DNA of 64,000 nt, taken from positions 124,001-188,000 of the IMG/VR virus record IMGVR_UViG_3300027899_000001, one strand, 5' to 3'. Numbering within the stretch: the first letter of the stretch is position 1; each line of letters begins with the position of its first letter. Positions 48,012 through 56,991 of this stretch are shown here, piece after piece. The notes under the pieces are model-generated. The model did not search any database. It was given only the letters and a program-made list of their open reading frames with translations, and was not told where the DNA came from. The position numbers and the translations under genes were made by a program.

Positions 48012-49214
48012 TTATATAATTTGAATTTCTGGAAACATTACTATAATCTTTCCTTTATATCCATCGTTTCTTAATGATTCTATAATATAATCTTTAAAAT
48101 TATGAGCCAATATCAAAATATAATCAGGAAATTTTGTTTTAAGAATATCTCTGCTAAAAACTTCTATTCCTGTTCCAGGCACGAATTTTCCTTGTTTTTC
48201 AAGAGTATCATCTATAATAAAATCAATTGTATTATAATCTAATTTACAGGTATTTAAAAATACACAGCCTTTAATTGCAGCACCAAATCCTGCAATTTTA
48301 ACGTTTTGTTCTTTTAATCCTTCAAAGAATGATCTAAAATATTCTATTTTTAAATCAATGCTCATGCCCCAATTGATACAATATTCTTTATCTATAAACT
48401 TTTCAAGATTTAAAAATGATTCGATTGTATTATCAACAAGATCTTTATTTTTTGAAATTATTAATCTTAATGTTCCTGTATGTATATCATGATAAGAAAC
48501 ATTTATAACATAAAGGCCTTCTTGTTCAACTAATTTTTTTACTGCAGTTAAACAATAATAATATACATGCTCATGATATGCTTGATCATAGAAATTGTTA
48601 ATAAAAGTAGACATAAGATAAGGAAATTCTAAGCACCATATTCCTTCTTCATCTAAATTATTATAAATTCCTTTTACAAAAGATCTTAAAGGGGGAGTAT
48701 GCTGAAATACATTTGTAGAAGTTATTAACTTTGCAGTTTTTGGCAAAATTGTAGCTTCATTAAAATATTTGTTGATATATGTTATATTATTTTTTTGATT
48801 TATATCTACAAAACTTTTACTGCATTCTACATTAACATATTCTAAATCGGAATATTTTTTTCTAAATTGCAAAAGTAAACTACCATCATTACCTCCTATA
48901 TCTGCTATTAACGATCCTCTTACAAGATTAACATAATCTGTAACAAAATCTGCCATTTTACTACAGTGTTCAAGATATGGTTTACTTATACTTGAGTGAT
49001 ATAGATAATTAAGATATATGTCATCAGAATTTACAGTTTCAGTAAGAGATACTAGTTTACTATCAGGAAAAAATTGAAGAACCATAGGATACTTTTTAAT
49101 CTTTAATGATTCTTCGCGAGTTGAACTTAAATTTCCTTCAATGGGAATCATTCCCAAATCAAGAAACGCAAATTTATCGGCACTACTAGTTATAGGACAT
49201 ACTTCTATTTTCAT
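48012..49214 (-). CDS. NDP-sugar C-methyltransferase-like SAM-dependent methyltransferase
   Basis: DIGGNDG.LL, NVFQH, EFPY, YHEHVYY, HTGTLR, FGAAIKG, KQGKFVPG, LAHNF. Confidence 0.85.
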   Translation of the reverse strand: MKIEVCPITSSADKFAFLDLGMIPIEGNLSSTREESLKIKKYPMVLQFFPDSKLVSLTETVNSDDIYLNYLYHSSISKPYLEHCSKMADFVTDYVNLVRGSLIADIGGNDGSLLLQFRKKYSDLEYVNVECSKSFVDINQKNNITYINKYFNEATILPKTAKLITSTNVFQHTPPLRSFVKGIYNNLDEEGIWCLEFPYLMSTFINNFYDQAYHEHVYYYCLTAVKKLVEQEGLYVINVSYHDIHTGTLRLIISKNKDLVDNTIESFLNLEKFIDKEYCINWGMSIDLKIEYFRSFFEGLKEQNVKIAGFGAAIKGCVFLNTCKLDYNTIDFIIDDTLEKQGKFVPGTGIEVFSRDILKTKFPDYILILAHNFKDYIIESLRNDGYKGKIIVMFPEIQII

Positions 49215-49239
49215 AATTAATGTATTTAAATATTCTATG

Positions 49240-49887
49240 TTAAATTTTTGATAAAGTTTTTAACATATCTATTAATTCTGGTTGTGAGTGACAATCTGTC
49301 TTAGCGTTTGGGGGTCTATATGATACATGTGTCCATACTCCAGGTTCTCCTTTTAATGCTCTTGGAGATACATCCCACATATCTTCATTATATGTTAATG
49401 GAATATTATATATCATGTGCCAATACAATATTAATTCTCCCGCTGTTTGAATTTGAGCATTTGTATATTTTTCATAATATTTATATCCTCTAAATCCATC
49501 AGGATAATATTGTGTAGTAACATATACTTCATTTCCATAAAAAGTTTTAAACTTTCCATTATTTCCAGGTGTAAGCCAACCCCAATTATCAATTTCTATT
49601 CCTATTGAATGCCTATCTAAATTATGATTTCCTGCTGCTAAATGATATGCCCAATATTTAGATGAAAAAAGTTGCCAAGGAACTCCAGCTCTATCTATAA
49701 TAATTGCAGTTGCAACTCGATCTTTCATTCCTTCCCACGTTGAAATATCTCCGTTAACGCCATCTCCAGAAACTGTATGATGTAATACAATTTGCTTTTT
49801 TTCAAAAGTTTCTTGAAAATAATGGCTTTCATCGAATTGTACAGTTTCTATTTTTCCAAGGTCAATTGGTTTTAAATTATTCCACAT
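49240..49887 (-). CDS. N-acetylmuramoyl-L-alanine amidase (endolysin candidate)
   Basis: IVLHHT, WAYH, SIGIEI, THVS..K.DC. Confidence 0.85.
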   Translation of the reverse strand: MWNNLKPIDLGKIETVQFDESHYFQETFEKKQIVLHHTVSGDGVNGDISTWEGMKDRVATAIIIDRAGVPWQLFSSKYWAYHLAAGNHNLDRHSIGIEIDNWGWLTPGNNGKFKTFYGNEVYVTTQYYPDGFRGYKYYEKYTNAQIQTAGELILYWHMIYNIPLTYNEDMWDVSPRALKGEPGVWTHVSYRPPNAKTDCHSQPELIDMLKTLSKI

Positions 49888-49901
49888 TTTAATAAATTAT
49901 T

Positions 49902-50552
49902 TTATGATTTATATGCAACTTTAAGCGCTTTATACTTTAATTTTTGTTCTTCTTTAATTTTATATCTTTGCATTCCTATTTTAGTGCCTTCTTTTATTCT
50001 TTCTATTTGTTCTAGTGTGCGTTTTTTACCTCTGTGTGAATCGTTTAATTTTTTTTGATGTTCTTCACTTCGTTTTCTTCCTTTCATGTATTCACTATGT
50101 TTTTTATTTTGTTCTTCTGAATGAATTTTTCCTTTATGGGATTTTCTATTTTTTTCAACTGTTTCTAAAGAATGTTTTCTACCTAAATTAATTATACTTA
50201 TTTTTTTTCTTGTTTCTTCTGACACTGGAATTAATGATTTTAATTCTCTAGCATATGCATAATCTTTTGATGATATATTATGTTTTCCAGATTTATCCCA
50301 AGTCATTCTACAAAATGCATTTGCTATTTTTCTATTTCTTTTATAAATATATGTTAACAATTTATGACATAGATAATGTTCTCTAGCAGTTAATAAAACT
50401 AAATTTTCTTCGTCATTACTTCCACCTAAACATTTAGGTAATATATGATGTTTTTCGTAATAAACATAATTTGCATTATCTTTTTTTAATTTAATTCTAT
50501 TTTCAGATTTTGTTTTCTGAATTATAGAATCATAAACTTTTTGATGATTCAT
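49902..50552 (-). CDS. HNH homing endonuclease with NUMOD3 repeats
   Basis: EKHHILPKCLGGSND; SEETRKKIS, GRKHS. Confidence 0.85.
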   Translation of the reverse strand: MNHQKVYDSIIQKTKSENRIKLKKDNANYVYYEKHHILPKCLGGSNDEENLVLLTAREHYLCHKLLTYIYKRNRKIANAFCRMTWDKSGKHNISSKDYAYARELKSLIPVSEETRKKISIINLGRKHSLETVEKNRKSHKGKIHSEEQNKKHSEYMKGRKRSEEHQKKLNDSHRGKKRTLEQIERIKEGTKIGMQRYKIKEEQKLKYKALKVAYKS

Positions 50553-50554
50553 TT

Positions 50555-50881
50555 TTATTTATTATATAATATTTTAAGAGCCTTGTTAAATCTAGATGTA
50601 AACTCAAATCCTTCATCGCCTCTTACAATAAATCCCAATTTTAAATAAAGAGCTATCATAGTAGCAGAAGTTTCTTTAACTTCATCTATACAGTCTTTTA
50701 TTTCTATATCACTTAATATAGGAGTTCCTCCTGTATCTATCTTTTTATTTATTCTTCCTTTAATACTGATATATAACAATTCTCTTGTCATTAACGGCAG
50801 AGTTAAATAAGTATCAAAATCCCCATTTTTAATTCTTTGTCCAATTTTATTTAAGAACACATCATTATTTACATTTTTCAT
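50555..50881 (-). CDS. Hypothetical protein
   Basis: 108-aa ORF. Confidence 0.6.
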   Translation of the reverse strand: MKNVNNDVFLNKIGQRIKNGDFDTYLTLPLMTRELLYISIKGRINKKIDTGGTPILSDIEIKDCIDEVKETSATMIALYLKLGFIVRGDEGFEFTSRFNKALKILYNK

Positions 50882-50973
50882 AAGTTTATTTTTATTGTAT
50901 TTATTTATATTTTGTATATATTATGACCGAATTAAATAATTTAACAATACATTAACAGAGATAAATAGAATAT

Positions 50974-52164
50974 ATGAAAATAGTACGAGAACATATAAAT
51001 GAAAAATTTTCTGAAGAATCTGATCCTGTACATGATTTAGGCATAGGCATAATACATGCTATTGAAAAATTCTGTGATAAACACAGAAAAGTGATAATGC
51101 CTACTTATGAGTGTGATGAAAAAGATATTATGCTATTAATATGTGTTGATAGAAAAAAGCATGATTATGTAGAAGATTTATTAAAATTAGGAGCTAATGT
51201 ACATACAAGCGCTGGAATACATCTGGGTAATGAAGATCTACCTGTTAGATACGCAATATGGAACAATGATTATGAAATGACAGAATTATTATTAAAATAT
51301 GGAGCATCTATAGAAAACGCATTTGATGAGGATGTTCTTGAACTTATAGAAACTGGAGATTATATGGGTGGAAAAAAAAGTAAAGAATTAATAGACTTAG
51401 TAAAACAACATTTAGAAAAACCAGTAAATGAAAAATTTTCTGAAGAATCAGATCCTATATATGATTTAGGAATAGGAATAATTACAAAACTTAGAAAATT
51501 TTTAAAAGATCATCACTGCGATAATTTTGATTTACGTTATAAACCTGATCAAGATAAAGCTCTTTCTTTATGTGTTAAAACCAATACTCCAGATTTTATA
51601 CAGTATTTAGTATCATTGGGAGCAGACCCTAATTTTAGTCCTGAAGATAAAGATTTTGGGTTATATTTAATGAATGCTGCATACGTAGAAGATTGGGAAG
51701 TTTGTAAAGCTTTAGTTAATAGCGGAGCAGATTTAGATAAAACTATAACATGTTCGATAGATAGACAGACTCCGATAACTTTAAAAAATCTTGAAAGATT
51801 TAAAGAAATGATAGAAAATCCTATAAATGAAAAATTTTCAGAAAAATCAGATCCTATTAAAGATATGGGTATAGGTTTATATACAATAAGAAATTTTGAA
51901 AATTTAAATGAAATAGCAGAATTTATCATATCTATAATGCCATATATTTTAAAAACACATAAAATTCCTGAAGATATTATACATTCTGAGGCTTTTATAC
52001 TAAAACAAAAATATATTAAACCTCTTGATAATTATATTTATAAATATATTAGATTAAATAATGAAGAAATAACATCAGCAATAGATTATAAATTATTTGA
52101 AAATATGTTAAGTATTTTAGCAAAAAGAGGCTTTAAATATCCTAAAACTAAATTCATACATTAA
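50974..52164 (+). CDS. Tag family polyprotein, 3 modules (ankyrin, ankyrin, RxF-class), inverted orientation
   Basis: Three tags; LLKLGANV, LLKYGA, LVSLGADPN. Confidence 0.82.
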   Translation: MKIVREHINEKFSEESDPVHDLGIGIIHAIEKFCDKHRKVIMPTYECDEKDIMLLICVDRKKHDYVEDLLKLGANVHTSAGIHLGNEDLPVRYAIWNNDYEMTELLLKYGASIENAFDEDVLELIETGDYMGGKKSKELIDLVKQHLEKPVNEKFSEESDPIYDLGIGIITKLRKFLKDHHCDNFDLRYKPDQDKALSLCVKTNTPDFIQYLVSLGADPNFSPEDKDFGLYLMNAAYVEDWEVCKALVNSGADLDKTITCSIDRQTPITLKNLERFKEMIENPINEKFSEKSDPIKDMGIGLYTIRNFENLNEIAEFIISIMPYILKTHKIPEDIIHSEAFILKQKYIKPLDNYIYKYIRLNNEEITSAIDYKLFENMLSILAKRGFKYPKTKFIH

Positions 52165-52246
52165 CAAAAAATTAACAAAATTAACAAAACCCTAACGCTG
52201 ACATCCATATAACTGAAGACTAAAGCCCTCTAGGAATGCAGATACT

Positions 52247-52888
52247 CTAGACTAAACACTGAATTTCCTCTTTTTTCAATATAGTTTGTATTACCCAATA
52301 CGCATCTACAAGATCATCTACATGTTCTATCCAATTCCTTCCTCCTTTTTTCATGAAAATTTCTCGTTTTTCAAACAATTTTAAACGAAACTTACAATGA
52401 GGTGGTCCTGAACGAATAAATTCGTCGATCATCTCAGATTTTCCCATTCCTTTTTTTGCACAACCAGCTATACTTTTAATTGTAATAGGAGAATAAGTAT
52501 ACATATGATCTAATGAAACATATTGGGAAAGTTCATTCATCAATATATATTTGTAACCACCTAATTGTATTCCAGAATCTCCTCCCGATCCATAAGATAA
52601 CCCTTCAAATGCGAGATAGGTATCTCCATTAAAGTAACACTTAAGTGATTCAGTGATAAGATTTGAAAGGTATCTTGCGTTTTCTACTTCCCAACGCATT
52701 TTGGAAGTTAATCCTAATTCATGTTCTTTATTATCTATACGATCAATTATAGTTATACCAGATTCTCTAAAAGTTTTAATAGATTTGTCAGAAATTGAAT
52801 ATGGCCAACTCATAAAAGAATATTTGCCATTTGAAAAGATGCATGCCGCTGGTTTATTTATTGAAAAATCGAATCCAATTATATTCAT
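52247..52888 (-). CDS. RuvC-like Holliday junction resolvase
   Basis: IIGFDFS, FEG, SP.TIK, DDLVDAYW. Confidence 0.75.
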   Translation of the reverse strand: MNIIGFDFSINKPAACIFSNGKYSFMSWPYSISDKSIKTFRESGITIIDRIDNKEHELGLTSKMRWEVENARYLSNLITESLKCYFNGDTYLAFEGLSYGSGGDSGIQLGGYKYILMNELSQYVSLDHMYTYSPITIKSIAGCAKKGMGKSEMIDEFIRSGPPHCKFRLKLFEKREIFMKKGGRNWIEHVDDLVDAYWVIQTILKKEEIQCLV

Positions 52889-53667
52889 TTATCTTTAAGT
52901 GTTAATGCGTGAAAATCATGATAGTCAGGATAATGATAAGTAAGTATGTTAACTAATCTTACTGCACATTTTTTACGTATATCTTCAAATGTAAAATCAG
53001 GAATAATATCAGTATAAATAGTTAAAGTTCCTCCTACATAATCAGGCAAATATTTTAATTGGTTTTTAGTTTTAAATACACAAGAAAATTGTCCTGTTAT
53101 TTTTCCAAATTTAATATAAGACGGCAAGTTAGTATTTTCTAAAGAAGAAAAATTTACATATTCTGCATTTATCTTTAAATCTTTACTTATATTTTCGCCT
53201 TTAATAAAACCACGTTTTCTTAATTCTGTTACAAAGGAATCAATTTTTTGCCTAATGCCTATACCCATATCATGAATAGGATCAGAATCTTCTGTAAAGG
53301 CTTCATTTAATGGATCTACATTGATATAAAAATGTTCTTTAAGAACTTCTGCAACTATTTTTCTAGCTTTTAACATATCTTTTTTTGTGTCATTTATATG
53401 AGAAAATGCTCGGCATGAATTATTGAAAGCAATTTGAACTGGTATATTTCTAATAGCATCTGAAATAGTAAATGACGCTATAGCAGCATATTTATGTTTA
53501 TAATAAAAAGAATATTTAGAAAAAAATTTTTCTACAAACTCTTCGGGATTTTTATTTATTTTTTCATTTTCAATTTTCCAAAAATTTATTAAACCTATTC
53601 CCAAATCTTTTATTGGATCGCTTTCTTCTGTGAAAATTTCGTTTATATGTTCTCTAACTAATCTCAT
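52885..53667 (-). CDS. Tag family polyprotein, 2 modules
   Basis: INEIFTEESDPIKDLGIG; LNEAFTEDSDPIHDMGIG. Confidence 0.8.
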   Translation of the reverse strand: MRLVREHINEIFTEESDPIKDLGIGLINFWKIENEKINKNPEEFVEKFFSKYSFYYKHKYAAIASFTISDAIRNIPVQIAFNNSCRAFSHINDTKKDMLKARKIVAEVLKEHFYINVDPLNEAFTEDSDPIHDMGIGIRQKIDSFVTELRKRGFIKGENISKDLKINAEYVNFSSLENTNLPSYIKFGKITGQFSCVFKTKNQLKYLPDYVGGTLTIYTDIIPDFTFEDIRKKCAVRLVNILTYHYPDYHDFHALTLKDK

Positions 53668-54440
53668 GCGTATTTTCCCATATCATTTGCTAACATATCA
53701 ACTAAATCACTTACGTATCTTGGGCTTTTATTATACTCATTTTTATATTTTCTTCTAAGATAATTTTTAATATCATCGTCGTATATCATACTTTCTGCTG
53801 AATCATGAATATAAGAATATGCATCATCATCGTCATCAATACTATGTTTTATATCAATGACAGCGCCCTTTATCATTTTTTCATATTCTCGTTTGGTCAT
53901 TATCTTTTCTTTTTCTCGATAGCCTCTTTGTCTTTGTTTAGGAATTATCTTTCCATTTTGTTCTAACCAATCTGAAGCAACTAATTTCTTTTTTCCAGAT
54001 TTATCAATAACTGTTACAAGATCGTATTTATAACTATGGTCTTCTACCTTAATTATATGGTAATGATTATCTTTTGTTTCCACATTCATTCCTTTTCGGA
54101 ACTTACTTACTTCATTAGCTTCGTTTAAAGATTCTTTAAGAGCTCCTTTATCTTGAAATATTTTTTCTAATGCAAGATAATGAACAGATCCTTTAGGAAC
54201 ATATCCTTCATAACCAAAATCATCAGTTAAATCATTATTTTTACAATGAGCAAACCAAAATTCATCTTGACTTTTTATACATCCCCTTCCTGCATCAGGA
54301 ATCCATACTACATTCTTTTTTATAGGATGTTTTTCTCCAAATTGTTCAAGTGCTTTTATTTTATCACGAAGATCAAACCAATAAGTTACACTTCGATAAT
54401 CTTTTGCTTTTAATTTTTCGTTAAGTAATTTTGCTCTCAT
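53664..54440 (-). CDS. Hypothetical protein with MRAKLLNE leader and internal ESLNE
   Basis: Leader resembles those of the tag family but lacks the DPxxD tag. Confidence 0.6.
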   Translation of the reverse strand: MRAKLLNEKLKAKDYRSVTYWFDLRDKIKALEQFGEKHPIKKNVVWIPDAGRGCIKSQDEFWFAHCKNNDLTDDFGYEGYVPKGSVHYLALEKIFQDKGALKESLNEANEVSKFRKGMNVETKDNHYHIIKVEDHSYKYDLVTVIDKSGKKKLVASDWLEQNGKIIPKQRQRGYREKEKIMTKREYEKMIKGAVIDIKHSIDDDDDAYSYIHDSAESMIYDDDIKNYLRRKYKNEYNKSPRYVSDLVDMLANDMGKYA

Positions 54441-54481
54441 TAAAAATAATAATTTATTTTATATATTTAATAAAAAATATA

Positions 54482-54573
54482 GATATATAAAATATAGTAG
54501 TTAGATTAATGTTTCAGCATTAATCAACATTCGGATAGAATAAAATGCTGTCCTACTATAATCTATATATTTT
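54482..54573 (+). ncRNA. Candidate structured 5' leader (three-way junction), copy 2
   Basis: TATAGTAG-TTA-GATTAATG(TTTCAG)CATTAATC-AA-CATT(12 nt)AATG-CTGTC-CTACTATA. Confidence 0.55.
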
Positions 54574-54596
54574 AATTAAAATAAAGGATAGAAATA

Positions 54597-55538
54597 ATGA
54601 AAGAATTTAGAAAAACAAAAGATGACCTTTTTATATGTGAAGAATGTGAACGAACATTTGCATCTTATCAAGGTTTACGAAATCATATTAGGCATTCACA
54701 TAAACTAATATCTCAAAAAATATATTATGATATTTACAGAAAAGAAGAGAACGAAGATAAATGTAAAATTTGTAATAATGATGCGCCTTTTATATCATTA
54801 TTTTATGGATACAAACCTGGGTGTTGTAAAAAACATATAAATTTATATTCCTATAAAAAGAAATCTCAAAAAATGAAAATTAAATATGGAATAGAAAATC
54901 AATTTCAAAGAGCTGATATAAAAGAAAAAATGAAAATAACAAATATTAAAAAATTAAATGTAGAATATCCTTCACAATCAAAAGAAGTAGTATTAAAAAT
55001 CAAAAAAACAAAGAAAGAAAAATATAATGATGAAAATTATAATAATACTGAAAAACGAAATAAAACTACACAAAATAAGTATGGATATAGTACTGTATTA
55101 AAAGACAAACAAAAAATGAAAATTTCTATACTTAATAAATATAATGTAGAAAATGTTATGCAATGTCCTGAAATTTATAAAAAACAACAAATGTCTGGCT
55201 TTTTATCTAATAATTATAGAAATACTGATATTTATTATAGAGGGTCATATGAATTAGATTTCTTAGAAACATTTTATGATAAATATCCTGATATTATTAA
55301 TGGGCCTGTAATTAAATATAAATTTAAAGGAAAAAATAGAATATACTTTCCAGATTTTTACATACCTTCTTTAAATCTTATAATTGAGATAAAAAGTTTG
55401 TATTATTATAATAAATATAAAGATAAGTGTTACGTAAAAGAACGCGCAGTAATTAATAACGGTTATAGCTATAGTTTAATTTTAAATAAAAATTATAAAA
55501 ATTTTAACGAGCGAGAGCATAGCCCATTGCAGCAGTAA
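54597..55538 (+). CDS. Homing-endonuclease-like protein (Zn finger plus PD-(D/E)XK)
   Basis: Paralog of 2455..3255; YFPDFYIPSLNLIIEIKS. Confidence 0.75.
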   Translation: MKEFRKTKDDLFICEECERTFASYQGLRNHIRHSHKLISQKIYYDIYRKEENEDKCKICNNDAPFISLFYGYKPGCCKKHINLYSYKKKSQKMKIKYGIENQFQRADIKEKMKITNIKKLNVEYPSQSKEVVLKIKKTKKEKYNDENYNNTEKRNKTTQNKYGYSTVLKDKQKMKISILNKYNVENVMQCPEIYKKQQMSGFLSNNYRNTDIYYRGSYELDFLETFYDKYPDIINGPVIKYKFKGKNRIYFPDFYIPSLNLIIEIKSLYYYNKYKDKCYVKERAVINNGYSYSLILNKNYKNFNEREHSPLQQ

Positions 55539-55830
55539 CAAGACGACTTGTCATTAATTTTCCTAATACTCCTGTTTCTTCTATTCCAAGAACTTTACAA
55601 ATAGCTTTTCCAATTGCTGGACCAGCAAGAGCGCCAACACCGGCTCCTAATAAACCTGTGAAAATTCCTTCGTCTATTTCTTCGCCCTTTTCAAGTTTAT
55701 CTACAATAAGATTATAAGTTCTTTCAGCTTCTTGAATTTGAGTAGCAGTTAATCCTTTAATATCTTCAGATTCAAATATCTTTGAAGTTGTTGAATATTT
55801 TAAATCGTTATATGTCGGAAATTTTTCCAT
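55504..55830 (-). CDS. Small protein with glycine-zipper hydrophobic C-terminal half
   Basis: EIDE|GIFTGLLGAGVGALAGPAIG; putative late promoter at 55846-55856. Confidence 0.65.
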   Translation of the reverse strand: MEKFPTYNDLKYSTTSKIFESEDIKGLTATQIQEAERTYNLIVDKLEKGEEIDEGIFTGLLGAGVGALAGPAIGKAICKVLGIEETGVLGKLMTSRLVTAAMGYALAR

Positions 55831-56357
55831 GATAATATATTTTTATTTATATATTCTTTATTTAGCGTCCATATAATTGTTTTTTTAATGCTATTTGTTT
55901 TTTTTAATTCTTTTTGTAATTGTTTTATTTTATCTGATAAATATCTTTCACTTCCATAACGTATTATGTCTAATTCTCTAATTATTGGTTTTAAATTATT
56001 TGGAAGAGAATAAAGTGGACCCGCAGTATCATCAGCCTGAGATATTACAAACCAACCTATTTCTGGTTTTAAATTAGTTAATGAATGTTCTGCTATTATG
56101 TCTTCTGCTGCTTCAACAGATTCTGCGAAATAAATATCTATGTCTTCAAAATCAGAATCCCAACAAGTTATATAGTAAATATCATTAGAATCTCCTGATG
56201 TCATAGATATTTTATCATAATCAAATTCTGTATCATATCTTTTATCAATTATATGTATAAATTGTTCTATAATTTCTTCGGGTTTAATACCAATGCCCAT
56301 ATCTTTGATAGGATCTGATTCTTCTTTAAATTTTTCAGTTATATATTGTGCTTTCAT
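55800..56357 (-). CDS. Tag family, 1 module
   Basis: ITEKFKEESDPIKDMGIG. Confidence 0.8.
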   Translation of the reverse strand: MKAQYITEKFKEESDPIKDMGIGIKPEEIIEQFIHIIDKRYDTEFDYDKISMTSGDSNDIYYITCWDSDFEDIDIYFAESVEAAEDIIAEHSLTNLKPEIGWFVISQADDTAGPLYSLPNNLKPIIRELDIIRYGSERYLSDKIKQLQKELKKTNSIKKTIIWTLNKEYINKNILSWKNFRHITI

Positions 56358-56941
56358 AGATCATTACTTGATATTCCTGCGGTACTCATCGAATTATCTA
56401 ATCTTCGACTTATTTTATATCTATTGTATGTTAGATTTAATGTAAATGTATTAAAATCGGCAGCATTCGTTGCATAGCTTATATTAAATTGAGATAACGC
56501 GTTAGGAACTATTTTTTGAAATTCAAATGCAAGTAATTCAAATCCATGATGATCGAGAAAACTAATATACATTGATGGCCAGAAAGGATTTGTTTCATAA
56601 TATTGTTGAAAATATTCTATTTGTTCAAATAACATCCAATATGTAATAAATCCTTCAGTTAATTTAAAAGTTACTGTAATATTTTTATCAAGTATAGGTT
56701 CAAGTTCTTTTCCTCCACGATATTTAATTTGAAACATTGTTTGTGGTTGTATAGCTCCACCTAAAATAACTTCAGGAAATGTAACAGCTTGAACAGATGC
56801 ATTAAAAAAATCTTCAAGAGATTGATATTGTAATTTTAATCGTTTAACAACAGGAGTCCATCTTTCTCTTATTTCTGGATAAAAGAAATCTTTAGGAAAC
56901 CATATACTAAATTGATTTAGCTTACTATTAAGTATTGACAT
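56354..56941 (-). CDS. Putative tail tube/tail-completion-fold protein
   Basis: VQAVTFP, ITVTFKLTE, FTLNLTY beta pattern like T4 gp3/gp19. Confidence 0.45.
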   Translation of the reverse strand: MSILNSKLNQFSIWFPKDFFYPEIRERWTPVVKRLKLQYQSLEDFFNASVQAVTFPEVILGGAIQPQTMFQIKYRGGKELEPILDKNITVTFKLTEGFITYWMLFEQIEYFQQYYETNPFWPSMYISFLDHHGFELLAFEFQKIVPNALSQFNISYATNAADFNTFTLNLTYNRYKISRRLDNSMSTAGISSNDL

Positions 56942-56991
56942 TTTAAAACTTTTTTAATATATATCTATATAATACTATAATCTATATATTT

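Noticed and set aside
52161-52246. Small RNA in the convergent intergenic gap
   Set aside because: No convincing stem or promoter; only TTAACA repeats.
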